Positions 52,089 to 64,000 of a stretch of 64,000 nt of DNA are shown here, piece after piece. Each line of letters opens with the position of its first letter. The first letter of the stretch is position 1. Under the pieces are notes generated by a model. It saw nothing but the letters and a program-made list of their open reading frames with translations, was not told the origin of the DNA and did not search any database. The position numbers and the translations under genes were made by a program. This DNA comes from Octopus bimaculoides (lineage: Eukaryota), in the NCBI RefSeq assembly GCF_001194135.2, contig NC_068982.1, forward strand, positions 122,664,007 through 122,728,006, given 5' to 3'.

Positions 52089-52921
52089 CATACACACATA
52101 CATATGTAAAATAGATAGATAGATACACACATACATACATACATACATACATACATACATACATACATACATACGCTGAATTATTGAGAAATCTGCAGTT
52201 ACTCTATCCAAATTACAAGTTCAGGTTTATACCAGTAATTATTGAGGCACTGAACATGTAGGACACTGTAAATACCAATCTTGAGAAATTAGGCTTCCCA
52301 AAACCAGAAAGGAGAAAGCTGATTCAAAGACTATAGATCCAATCCATCACTGGAACTGTAAAAATCTGTAAAACTTTCCAGAAGTTTATCATTCAAGTAT
52401 ATATGAGCATGTCTAGATATGCAACTATATGCATGAGAAGACATACATAAAACAAAGCATACAAATCAGCACATATACATACATACTAAAATACCCTGTT
52501 GTTGATGTTGAAATTCCAATGAAGGAGCCTTGGATCTAGGTTAGAAACCGGTTCTTTCTCTATTGGCAAGAAATCTCGAAATAAAACTGAATAAAGACAT
52601 ACATAAATACATACATACATACAGACAAACAGACAGACACAGTCACATACAGACATATTTATTTATTTATTTAGTGTATCCACTAAATACTACGGAAACT
52701 TTAGTTGAGAATGAGTTTTATGGATCTCCAAATTACATAAAAAGATTAACATTTTCCTAATTATTGTACAATATCTTCCACTAAATGTTATGATGACATA
52801 TTGACTTAAAATTTTGATGTTTTAAAGAATAACAGACTTAGAGATGTATCATATAAAAAAAAAACATCAGCTTCAACATATTCTAATTCCCTATCTTTAT
52901 GTATACTTTTATTTCCTTAAG

Positions 52922-53060
52922 GCACATAATCTTACCCAGTCCCCAATGGCAGTTGTGACTAAGGCAGCACCAATATTATCCGAAAATACTTTTGTTGATA
53001 TGATGCCCGTAGCATGGGAACTCATTTTGGAAAGTGATCAGGAATTGGCTGCTTCTGCAG
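52922..53060 (+). CDS. unc-80: unc-80 exon (0 to 1): AHNLTQSPMAVVTKAAPILSENTFVDMMPVAWELILESDQELAASA
   Basis: Acceptor tttatttccttaag; donor CAG|gtaaga; PVAWELxLExxQELAA motif. Confidence 0.94.
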
Positions 53061-53414
53061 GTAAGACACACATATTTTCTTGTTAAGTCTGTATATGAAA
53101 AATGCCATCCTTGCTTTTTACAAGAAAAAAAAAAACAGACTGGCTTTTGTTGACATCATAGCACTTATCTTATATGTTACTCAAATTCAACTTGAAACTT
53201 ATGTACCATATACACCTTAGACTTTAATGAAAACAGCAAAACATTAGTCTAAATAAATTGATCCAAAACATGCTTAAGTTAAAGCTGGTAACATTTAATA
53301 TTCTGTGAGTTCATTCTATCCAGTCAGAAACGGTCTTTTACACACACACACACACACGCACATATACGCGCACGCTCGCATTTCATTTCATATTAGCATG
53401 GTTTAAATTAATAT

Positions 53415-53945
53415 ATGAGGGGCAGTCAAAAAGTACTTGATTTTATTTTTTTTCCCACCAAAACTAATATCACATGGGCAAAATCTTTTGTGGGAGGTGA
53501 CTCCACCCTTCCTGTGCATGCTTGAAAATGTTCACACTGGTGGGCCATATCAGTTCTTAGCTATTATGCTGAGAGTACAGACACATAGTCTGCACTCATC
53601 GAATTTTTGTTTTCATGCAAGATGACTGAACACATTGAGCATAGATTCATGTCTCATCATCATTGATGATAGTTTTCATGATGTCTCGACCATGGTTTGT
53701 GCTGTCCACCATGTTCTGAGTGACTTCCATGCAGAGTTTCTTTTGCTGCTCTGCCAGCACCTTGGGGATGAATTTTGCCGACACCTTCTGAATGCACAAA
53801 TCCTCTGTTAGAATGGAATATGTTGAGCCTGTGTTTATTCTCACTTCTTGAGCAATTTCCTGGATTGTTACACGATGGTCTTCCATGATATTTCCCTGAA
53901 CCTTCTCAATCTGTTCCAGGATCAGTACATTCCATTTTGATTTCC
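53415..53945. mobile_element. Rearranged mariner: 5' TIR and ORF start on +, internal transposase fragment on -
   Basis: TATGAGGGGCAGTCAAAAAGT end then MTEHIEH(+); minus ORF 53647-53964 …VTIQEIAQEV…KVSAKFIPKVL…IINDDET. Confidence 0.75.
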
Positions 53946-54568
53946 ACCTACCAAATCCTCTCACAAGACTTTGGTCAGCCTAGGTCTACAGTAGAAGACA
54001 CTTTCCAAAGGAGCCACACATTGGGACTGAACCTGAGACCACATGGTTGGGAAGCAAGCTTCTTAACCACATAGCCATGTCTGCACCCGTCTACCATCTC
54101 TCCCTCTCTCCTTCTCTCTCTCTCTCTCTCTCTTTATATGTATATATAATAACAATTATATATATATACATTATATAATTAGATAAGGGAACAGGAAAAA
54201 CCCTGCTCCAACATGTTGTAAGAATATGCCAAAAAACATTATAAACTACCTTTAGCTCCTGCAAAAATACGGGTTGTAGACAGGCAAATGAAAAATACAA
54301 AATAAAACTCCATGGTCAATTGAGTATTGATCCAATTTCAAGATTAAAGCAGTGAAATAGCTAATTTCTCATCCTCAGCACAATATTTATATATATATAC
54401 ATTATATAATTAGATAAGGGAACAGGAAAAACCCTGCTCCAACATGTTGTAAGAATATGCCAAAAAACATTATAAACTACCTTTAGCTCCTGCAAAAATA
54501 CGGGTTGTAGACAGGCAAATGAAAAATACAAAATAAAACTCCATGGTCAATTGAGTATNNNNNNNNNN

Positions 54569-54830
54569 CAATAGTTATAAGATATGAAATAGAGAGTGAA
54601 GTGGAGGAATGAAAATGGACGTGAGATATGCAGGGATATTGTATCTTCAGTTCCATTATTTACAATATCCCTGCATATCTCATGTCTGTTTTCATTCCTC
54701 CACTTAATATCTTATCTAGAATATCTAGATATTTCATATCTTATCTAGAATAACTATTGCTTAACCATCTTCTCACACCATCTTTGATGAAGGGATATAT
54801 AAAATACTCCGGAAACAGCTGTAAAACCTT
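54569..54830 (+). mobile_element. Inverted-repeat element with 45-bp hairpin and hammerhead-like motif (possible Penelope-like terminal repeat)
   Basis: Stem 54599-54643 / 54661-54705; outer IR caatagtta…aagatatgaaat / atttcatatctt…taactattg; TTGATGA…GAAACAGCTGTA at 54784-54823. Confidence 0.5.
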
Positions 54831-55267
54831 TTATTTATAAATGTTCTGAAATCTTTACAGCCTTGCATTTTTATCTCATTCTGTTAATTTTTTTATATAT
54901 ACACATGCTGACATATGACCTACGTTGGACTCCTCGTTTGCATAATCACCAAACCTGGAGCTTAACTATAGTCTGTCCATAGCACTTACTCAGCATTACC
55001 TGATACCTTTGGGTCTTCTTGACACCATCACCTCTCATAACCTATATATATATATATATATATACATATATATGGAATATTGCATGTTTCCAATTGTAAC
55101 TTATTTATTGCTCTATTCATATCCTTACATTTGTGTCATCATCAACTAATTTCCTTTTTCTAAAAAATACTGTAACTTTTAACACAACTCAGTATATGTC
55201 TTAATTATATAAATCATCATCATCATACAACAAACTAATCAACTAACATTTACTACTCCATTCTTAG

Positions 55268-55376
55268 CTACTGTGTTCCTGCTAACTTCTGTGAAGGCCC
55301 CAGATAAAGCACAAGCCATGCTTGTAAGAGAAATGCAGCATGAAGATGTTAACCATCGAATCAATTCCATTCTAAG
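55268..55376 (+). CDS. unc-80: unc-80 exon (1 to 2): (A)TVFLLTSVKAPDKAQAMLVREMQHEDVNHRINSIL(R)
   Basis: Acceptor cattcttag; donor AAG|gtttga; bridges phase 1 to phase 2; absent from the ORF track. Confidence 0.92.
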
Positions 55377-55564
55377 GTTTGAAACTGATCTGTTTATTTG
55401 TTATTTATTTATTTAAGTCTGATACTTGTTCTGTTGTTCCTTTTTTTTTTTTGATGAACCTCTAAGTTATGTATCCTATTTGTATCCCATTGCAGTCAAC
55501 TTTGCATCCTTATGGGATCAATATAATAAAATTCTGCTCAAATACTAAGGGTAAAAGGTAAAGA

Positions 55565-55930
55565 CCCTCTTCAGTCATGAATGACCATGGGATTGTACCT
55601 AGAAAGTTACTCTCTGAAGCGCAAGCCTGGGCAAGGTTATGAAGGCTCATGGCTCAATGGTTAAAGTGTTGGGTTTGTGTGTTGTGTTCTTGAGCAAGAC
55701 ACTTTATTTCATGTTGTTCCAGTTTACTCAGCTGTAGAAATGAGATGCGACATCACTGGTGTCAAGCTGTATCCGCTTTTGCTTTCCCTTGGATAACATT
55801 GGTGGCATGGAGAGGGGAGACTGGTATGCATGGATGACCACTGGTCTTCCATAAACAATCTTGCCTGGACTTGTGCCTCAGAGGGTAACTTTCTAGGTGC
55901 AATCCCTTGGTCATTCATGACCGAAGGAGT
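55565..55930. mobile_element. tRNA-headed SINE (55640-55930,+) preceded by an inverted copy of its own 3' tail (55565-55638,-)
   Basis: 55568-55638 is roughly 80% identical to the reverse complement of 55857-55927. Confidence 0.75.
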
Positions 55931-56303
55931 GGGGAGTGTCTCTTCTTCTCCTTCTCTTCTCTTCTAAGTATTAAAGTCAATTTAATCATCTAGCCCTCTC
56001 CCTCAAATTTCGGACCTTCTGACTATAGTAGACACAATCATTATTATTATTATTATGGTTATGGTTATGATTATTAAGGTGGCAAGCTAGCAGAATAATT
56101 AGCATGCTGGGCAAGATGCTTGGCAGTATTCTGTCTGTCTTCGTGTTCTGAGTTCAAATTCTGCTGAGGTTGACTTTGCCTTTCATCCTTTCTGGGTCAA
56201 TAAAATAAGTACCAACTGAGTACTGTGGTTGATGTGATCGACTTACCCCTCCCCCAAATTTCAGGCCTTGTTCCTATAGTAAAAAGAATCATTATTATTA
56301 TTA

Positions 56304-56337
<34 letters not shown>

Positions 56338-56568
56338 CATCATGTAAATGCGTAGTGATATTTCTTCTTGCTCTATATGTTCTGAGCTCAAATCCTGTCA
56401 AAGTCAACTTTGCCTTTCCTCCTTACCGGATTGATAAAATAAAGTACAATTTAAATACTGGGGTTGTAATTGAATTACTTCTTTCCCTTTAAGATTGTTG
56501 GCTTTGTACCAAAATTAAAAAGAATTATTATCAATATTATTATTATTATTATTATTATCTTCTTTCAG

Positions 56569-56641
56569 ATTTGGTACACTTTGGCAATTTCGCTACCAAG
56601 TATGGCCTCGCATGGAAGAAGGTGCAAACAATATCTTTAAG
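56569..56641 (+). CDS. unc-80: unc-80 exon (2 to 0): FGTLWQFRYQVWPRMEEGANNIFK
   Basis: Acceptor cttctttcag; donor AAG|gtaaat; strongly conserved UNC80 motif. Confidence 0.95.
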
Positions 56642-57633
56642 GTAAATTAATGAACCCATGTTGCACACAGCAGTTATTACTTTGAATTATGTTTGTCTTT
56701 TATGAAATGTAACTGGAAATGACTCAATAGAGAAAGTATTGGGCAACCAAGTCAAAAGTTCTGAGCTCTGATTCACTTTAAGTACATTATTATTATGTCT
56801 CTGCATACTCTATTTAATTCTGATTGTCAGGACAGCTGGGAAAGTTATCTTATCTACTTAGAGGTTTGTACCATCTTGCATTCTCAAAACTATGAAACTA
56901 TGAAAACATTTTTATCATTAAGGGACTGGGTGGAGTCCTGTGATTATGAATTCAAATCTGAATACATATTGCATTGTGGCTTTAGACAAGGTATATTACT
57001 TAACTGTGTTCAATCTGTATATGTGCATATATATATATACACACACAATCATCATTTAACAACTATTTTCTATGTTGTCAAGGGTAGGATTGTTTGATAG
57101 GATCCAACAATCTGCAGGACAGCATTGAGCTTTGGCAGTAAGTGAAAAACAAGGGTGAAAGTGTGGTTGATGGTAATTATCAATAAAAAGTAGAAAGGTG
57201 AGAGAGAAAAAAAGTAGCTCAAGAAGGAGGTGATGACAAGTTGCAGCAAATTGCCTATCATCTCAATTCTTTGTCATCTCCTCCATGAGGCTCAACATTT
57301 TGAAATCAGCCTTCCCTACTTCATCCCATGGTTAATTATACATATTATACATTATATGATGTAATCTTACATTCTTATTAAGATTAAATTACATATATAT
57401 GCACATACACATATCTATCTGTGTGGGTGAGTGTGTGAATGTATGTGCATGTATGTGTGTATTCTAATAAAATTGATTTATTTGTTGTATGCATAACGTA
57501 TTTATATTTATCCATGCCAATTTGAAGAAACCGGTGTTAAAAATTCTGATTGTGTTGATGTATATACACACATACATATATTTACTTATGTGTTATATGT
57601 GTATATTTGTGTATATTTCTCCTTATTTGCTAG

Positions 57634-57768
57634 GTCCCTCCACCAAATATCGACTTTACATTGCCTTCACCAACAATTGGATTACCTAGTCAAACTGTTA
57701 TAGATCCTCCATGGAAACCACTCTTTAAAGCAAAGATTGAGGAAGTTACTTTAAATCAAGAAGAAACA
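57634..57768 (+). CDS. unc-80: unc-80 exon (0 to 0): VPPPNIDFTLPSPTIGLPSQTVIDPPWKP...LNQEET
   Basis: Acceptor ccttatttgctag; donor ACA|gtatgt. Confidence 0.94.
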
Positions 57769-58174
57769 GTATGTATTATCATCTTTTTTGTCTGTTTTTT
57801 ATGTTACTTATTTTTTTTTAATGTTGATAATCATTGTAAAAGGGTGAAATGTAGTGTTGGAGAGGCCTAAAGTTATGAGATCCTGTAGAAACTTTATCTA
57901 ACAATTATTAACATAACTGTGTAACTGAATTGGAGAAAAATGCTACCAAATTGCTAAAGAAATGTATGCTCGGAGGATAGAAGGATTACTTCTTTAGAAC
58001 TTAGAATATTTTTTTAATTATTGTTTTGAGATATTTGTCAATAGGAAAACAAAACTGGAAATTTATTTTCAATGATTAAATGCATTTAATTCTTAGGATT
58101 AAAATGTTCTTCATTCAAATGAATTTGACATTGAATATACAAATGAAAGTAGTTAGGCAGTTTCTAATCATTTA

Positions 58175-59290
58175 TACAAGGTCTCTATGCAAAAAGAAAC
58201 CAAATATTTGAAAAACAAATTTCTGGCTTGACTTACAATTTAATCAGAATTGTCCCCTTCAAAATAGCTCCTGCCACTCTTGCTACACTACTCCCAGAGC
58301 TTTTACCAGTTTTGGAATATGTCCTGAAATGCTTTTTCTCAAATAATGTGCAGATCTTATGGTGAATTTTCTTCAGTCCTTTTGTGTAAAAGTGGCAACC
58401 TTTCATAGGGAATTTGGAGACAAAAATAGTCATGGATAAGGAATAACATTTGAACAAATGCATTCCTATGATGAAATATCTAGATTTTCTTTGTCTAAGC
58501 CTCTTCTTTCATGCTGCCTCTCTCAAATACTTCAGGACATTCAAGTATATCTTTTTATTGATTGTCTGACCACATAGAGCTAATTTATGAGTTAATTTGC
58601 TCTGTCAATCAAAACAGAAAGTCGACATCACCTTGACATTTAAGAAACTGTGACATGTATTTTTACATTGCAGCAGCAATAATCTAACCTACAACAATGA
58701 CTGCCTTTCTGTTTTGACATTGTAGTTGTACATCCATGTTTCATCACCTCTTACATTTTCAGAAATTTTCATCAGTAATTGAACAAACAAACAGACTCTG
58801 ATCATGACTCAGTTCTCTTTTTGTTCACCTACAAGCAGATATGACAAATTTTGTGGTAACACAACACCTTTGCAATTTTTTTTTAAAGGTCGTGTGATAC
58901 AAATTTTTACAGATGCTTACTTCTTCAGCAGCTTCATGGACAGGCAGTGATTTTCACTGATTACTGCATACACTTTTGAAATATGATTACTGTATGTTGT
59001 TAGACAAAAGATTCTCCATAGAGGTCTGTTGCCACATTAGAAAAGTCTCCATAAGACTTTTTTCCACTTTGAAACATGATTCATTGTTCCACTTGTAACA
59101 AATTGACAAGACTAAGCATAACTTCACTTTAGCATATGTAGATCAATGAAGGTGTGATAATAGCCATGTTGTAGCCATTATCCCACTGAAGGACAAGATT
59201 ATCCTTACACAACACTGCCTTCATGAGCACACTGCATTGGCTGACTGGTTGGTGCACTAATTTTAACAGTCTGATTTCTTTCTGAACATA
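58175..59290 (-). pseudogene. Near full-length degenerate mariner element
   Basis: Minus-strand GDETWM (about 58731-58748), GQTINKKIYLNVLKYLREA, and C-terminal …SYFEGD (about 58250); partial TIR similarity. Confidence 0.75.
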
Positions 59291-59858
59291 TCTAATACAT
59301 TAAAAAATTACTAGTTGTACATAAAGATTAATAAAATTAAAAGACCATTGCAGACATTATGAAAATACAATTATTATCATAGTTTAAAAAATACTCAGCT
59401 AAGTAACAAGTTTAGCTCACACCAAAATATAATTATTAACAAGGCTCTTACCAAAGCATAAAATCAAGTAAACAAGTTGAACTGGCTCCAGTAAAATAGT
59501 GGAAACAATAGCAACAACAAAAACAGAATCAAGAGTGTCTCTAGATGGTCACTCAGTTAACAAGAAATAGCAGCTAAATCTCACTCAAATATGAACCTCT
59601 CATAAGAGAAAAGACATATTGATTATTATGATCCTTGTACACTGAGTGCCCCCAAAAGACAGAGCTGCTGAATCAAAAGTGATCTCAACTACAACCTTAG
59701 GAATATTTGAAATATGTAATGTGAAAGATTGGTATTTTAGTATTCATATATTTATATATATATATATATATATAACATATTCCAGTGAATTATTTCCTTA
59801 GATTTCCTCCAATATCATTAACATAAATATCTGTTTCTTGTTAATCTGATATATTCAG

Positions 59859-60045
59859 AAAACTTTAGTAACTGCAACAACCACTCGTCGCAAACAACAG
59901 CAAGAAATGATTCTGCGTGCGCTGCGTGCTGAAGAAGAACGCAAGAGAATTGGCCGTGAAAATTTCCCACTGACCACTACTCCAGTATTGCAACTTGCCG
60001 CTTATGAACCTGCCCTTCATCATGTTAGTGAAGATCATGAAGAAG
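59859..60045 (+). CDS. unc-80: unc-80 exon (0 to 1): KTLVTATTTRRKQQQEMILRALRAEEERKRIGRENFPLT...VSEDHEE
   Basis: Acceptor gatatattcag; donor AAG|gtaacc. Confidence 0.92.
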
Positions 60046-62880
60046 GTAACCACGAACCCCTTTACTTTGTATACTGTATACAAATATTTTTTCTTCATTT
60101 TTTTATGTATATATTTTCAACAGTAAATTTGAGAATTTAACCATACACAAAGATTGCTTTATTATTTCAGCCTTTTAGTTAAGTTGTATCAATATATTTC
60201 ATTGATTTGGAAGCTGTTAATAAGGAAAATCAGGAGATGTTTAAAGAAGTTTTGAAAATTTTTGAAATGAATATTATTACTGTTTAACAGTTATTTTTCC
60301 ATGCTGATGTTGGTTGGATGGTTTTCCTCTTCAACATCTCTCTATGCATTTCAAGCTTGTGCTATTTCATTTGTAAAGCTCAACATTCTGAGGTGTGACT
60401 TAACTGCTTCTTCATTTGTCTGACTTCATTTATCTACCATTGGATCTTTTTGATCTTTTACACCCTTTTTTTGTCCCCAATTTAAATTTCAGTCAAATTT
60501 CACTCAAAGTGCAACATAACACATCAAATTTGCAAAGAGCACATTGAATAATGTTGCCCAAACTTTTTCCTAAAATGATAGGGCAGTAATGGTAACAATA
60601 TTTTTGCCTAATCAGGACTGACATGGGCTAAAGAGGATCATCATACCACCTTAATAATTCTCTCCTATAAACATAAGAAAATATATTTGTAGTTCACTTA
60701 TTTAATAAAGTAATATTAGTTAACATAATGAAATACTACATATCATAAAAGTAAAATCATATACTTAGTGGACTCTCATCATCGAATCTCTATTCATTTG
60801 TTACATCTTCTCTGCAATTACTGCTCTTTTTCACTGACATGCAGTAACACACATTTTACACATCTCAGTTTTCAACCTTATAGTTTTCTTTTTCTCCTTT
60901 TGTAATTTTCAATTGTGAGCAATAGGCTATTTGACACTAGGCTTTCAAAATAGAAATGCAATGTACATATGGCAGTATGCTTAAACTGTGCAGAAGATGT
61001 ATGTGCAAAGTACCAAAGAGGGTTGTAAAAGAATGTGCCCAGTTATGAAATACTTAGCTGAATAAGAGGTAATCTGTACAGATGAAAATATTTTTTAATC
61101 TACCGCCAACACTAATGATGTCGTGTAGGTAATAGAATTGTACTTCTTCCAGTAAGCCATCAAAGAACTTGTTGGTCTTCAGTTTGTAGATGCTCATTCC
61201 GATTTCTATGCATCTTGTTCATCTAAAATTCTGTTTGCTACTTAGCTTAACAAAAGTTCTACCGTTTCTTTGTGGAGGAGAGTCTCGTTACCCATGATAT
61301 TGGACTCTTTCATTTGCTAATTACTTTATCTTCACCATGTTAGATCTCTAAACCTTCCAGTGTTTTGAATTTTATTGAATTTATTTTGAATAGATTCTAC
61401 AAATCAAAACTATCATCAGCAAACATGAGTTTCAAAATAATGAAGTCTCAAACTTTATATGATGACCTTAGAACTTGAGATGAAGAGGAAAGAGTTTTTG
61501 TGGACAGTCATATGAGCACTAAATCTTTCTATGTTCACTATTGATTTTGAATTTACTTTCAACATTTTCATAGATGACTTGAGTGAAGGCTTGTGGTTCA
61601 GTGGTTAGAGTATTCAGCTTGCACACACACACACACACATATGTAGACACACACAAATGCATGATAATCACAAAGTCATAAAATATAGAAGAAATGTGGT
61701 AACTGTATATTAACTGACCCTGGATCTCCTAGCAAATGGCTAGCACTCTCCACTAATTGGCCCCTATTGGTGATCAATGGCAGATAATGCAGAAGTAGAT
61801 AATTAAATTGGCAGAATCAAGTAAATAGAGCTGATACATCAGTGTTGATAGAAAAAAACTTGGAGGTTGTTGGCTGAAGAAGCTCATCTCACATCTCAAA
61901 CGCCAGTATGGAAAATAAAGTATCAAATACGATGATAATGATCAAAATAATTATTTAAGCTGCTTGGATCAGATTTTGTTTTATGCTTTGATAATTGAGA
62001 AATTTGTGGTAAGTTTTAGTATTTTGTTTTTAATGTATGTTTTCAATAATAATTTGAATGCTATGTTTCTCAAGAACTTTTTTTATTGTTTGTTTCAAAA
62101 TAACATTTATCTAACCATGTTGTTGTAAATGCTTATATTGTTTGTTGCCTTGTTTGATGCATCTTAATGTGATATATGCATTATATTGTGGGATTACTAA
62201 AAACAGTGCATTCATATTAGTTCTGTGTATATATATATATATATATATATAATTTGTTTGAATAATTGATAACTTGTATGACATTTCATTTTTTTATGTT
62301 TTTCTTTCTGCTTTTCATTACTAAATATTCTTGGAATAGTTATTAATTAATACAATACAATTTATTAATATTTATTACAATATATAAATAACATATATAA
62401 AAAAATGGTGATTTCTTGCACAAATAGAAGACCAGAGTAATTAAGAAATTTTGATATAACTTGATTTTATATTTGTTGCTAAACTGATGAAATAACTTTT
62501 CAGTTAATTTTGATTTTTGATTGAAAAATAAAATTATAAATTTTTGTTTAAACTATTGAATCTTCAACTCCAAAATTTTTATGTTGACAGATTTTTACAC
62601 AAACACTGAAAGGGGATAAAAATGTACAAAAAAAAATAATGGTCTCAGTGTTTTATTGTATAGAGTATTGCTTGCAAATTTTATAAAAACAATTCTCTAC
62701 CTTCAAATTAATACTGAGCAATTACGTTTGATATTAATTCATTTATTTCTTTTATCGACTCTCCATATAACTGAATATGTTTATATATCCACCAACTGAA
62801 GAATGTCAACAGGATTGTAAATATTCTGATTCTTTTATCTTTGTTTGTTGGGTGGTACAATGTTTTTATTCCTCTTTCAG

Positions 62881-62904
62881 TCATATCTTTGACTTCAGCT
62901 CTCG
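62881..62904 (+). CDS. unc-80: Candidate 24-nt in-frame microexon of unc-80 (V-I-S-L-T-S-A-L)
   Basis: Acceptor tttttattcctctttcag; donor TCG|gtgagt; symmetric and open in phase 1 after exon 59859-60045. Confidence 0.55.
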
Positions 62905-64000
62905 GTGAGTAAGCTCATAGCTTTTAAATATTGTCCCTAATGCATATGTCTAGTAAGAAAATAGGGGCTAAACTTTTCTTTAATATCACACAGACACTCA
63001 GTACATGACTCACATTTAGAAAATTTGATGAATTCACATTATTGTATGTATTATACACCTAACAGCCACATACAGTAATATATTGATGATGATGAAAATA
63101 ATGAATGTAGATTATAGACAGTATAATTTGAAGATAATTGTATACATTGAAAATATACAAGTATTTGTTTGGTTATGCAAAGAAAACACTCAGTAATAAT
63201 AACAATATTTGACATAATAATAACATCATTAACATTAATATCAACACTAATAATAATTGTAACAATGATGAAAATAATAGAATTAATAGCAATAATAATA
63301 ATTCTATTGTTTCAATTAGGAACACTACATTAGATTTGCTGTAAAAGTGAAATGCAAAGTTTCCCAAAAACTTATCAAAAAATATCACTCCCAAAATTCA
63401 AAATAAATCAGAGAATAAAAATTAATTTATAGTCTTAGTTTACACTAATTCAAATTATATATTGTGTATGACTGGTATGCAAAAAATATGATACATTGCA
63501 GACCTATCCAACCTATGCTATCATACAAAATCATTATCATTATTTCATCAAATTTATAATTTTGCTGAAACATGCAATTCATATATAAAAATAAAATAGC
63601 AAAATTTTAAGCAAAATAATTTTAAAATTGGTTATAGAATGTAAAGAATATAGTTGTATAATTGTAATACCCTGGTATTACAAAATAATTTTAATACAAC
63701 ATCACATCTATGTTTTAATGACTACACTTTACTCTACCAAGGTGCAACTGTTTTAGTCCTAACATAAAATCTTTGATCAAAATCACTTGGTTGTTCAATT
63801 GATAGAGTTTCATGTTTTCTTGGGAGTGATAGCTACCAAATTGTTTTAAAACTAAGTTCAAAATATTCTTTTTTTAATCTATATGCATTTAAACAGTAGT
63901 ACTAAACTATCATGGTGTGTCACACTCCAGAAACTTCATTCTAAAGAAGAAACTTTTTACTTACAATTAAGTGCTAGTCAAGAAAGTATATTTTTAGTTT

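Larger units (their letters stand above)
7755..60045 (+). other. unc-80: Partial gene model: unc-80 orthologue (NALCN channel complex auxiliary subunit), 14 internal coding exons; 5' and 3' ends outside window
   Basis: Exons join in one frame with matching phases. Peptides match recalled UNC80 motifs: RFSFLLECCAPGSLPDPQLVAAML-L-EAPVIARATLLLECAHFIHRCN, CPYALKMVACLVLLEITTFMRET, ERKISFA, FICTHQNYCHPYCYERQRRSCSRL, WQFRYQVWPRMEEGA, VPPPNIDFTLPSP. Confidence 0.95.

Noticed and set aside
54157-54558. Identical tandem duplication of about 170 bp (period 231)
   Set aside because: The second copy ends exactly at a 10-N gap, typical of a contig-overlap assembly artefact; same for the repeat around the 5186-5195 gap
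1-64000. CRISPR arrays, rRNA, prokaryotic operon features
   Set aside because: None present; the sequence is eukaryotic and intron-rich

Overview
AT-rich animal genomic DNA, dense in microsatellites and transposon relics, with several N gaps. The repeat landscape (tRNA-headed SINEs, RTE and R4-like LINE ends, (TA)n/(CA)n/(AAT)n arrays) suggests a coleoid cephalopod such as Octopus; this is an inference. The whole window lies inside one + strand gene, an unc-80 (NALCN channel-complex subunit) orthologue. I can join 14 internal coding exons (7755 to 60045; 2,283 nt, about 760 codons) in one frame with matching splice phases, and the gene begins and ends outside the window. One intron uses a non-canonical GC donor. 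The apparent 29.9-kb intron (16282-46189) holds a set of small exon-like cassettes (12-64 nt) and a possible alternative last exon, all missed by the ORF track. A 24-nt microexon candidate follows the last exon. Introns also carry four Tc1/mariner relics (one DD37D/maT), three fold-back MITEs (one with an 8-bp TSD and a telomeric-repeat palindrome), REL-endonuclease LINE ends within microsatellites, and two degenerate hammerhead-ribozyme-like motifs. Everything was read by eye: no database search, folding or RNA data were available. Family names come from recalled motifs, and repeat boundaries are approximate.
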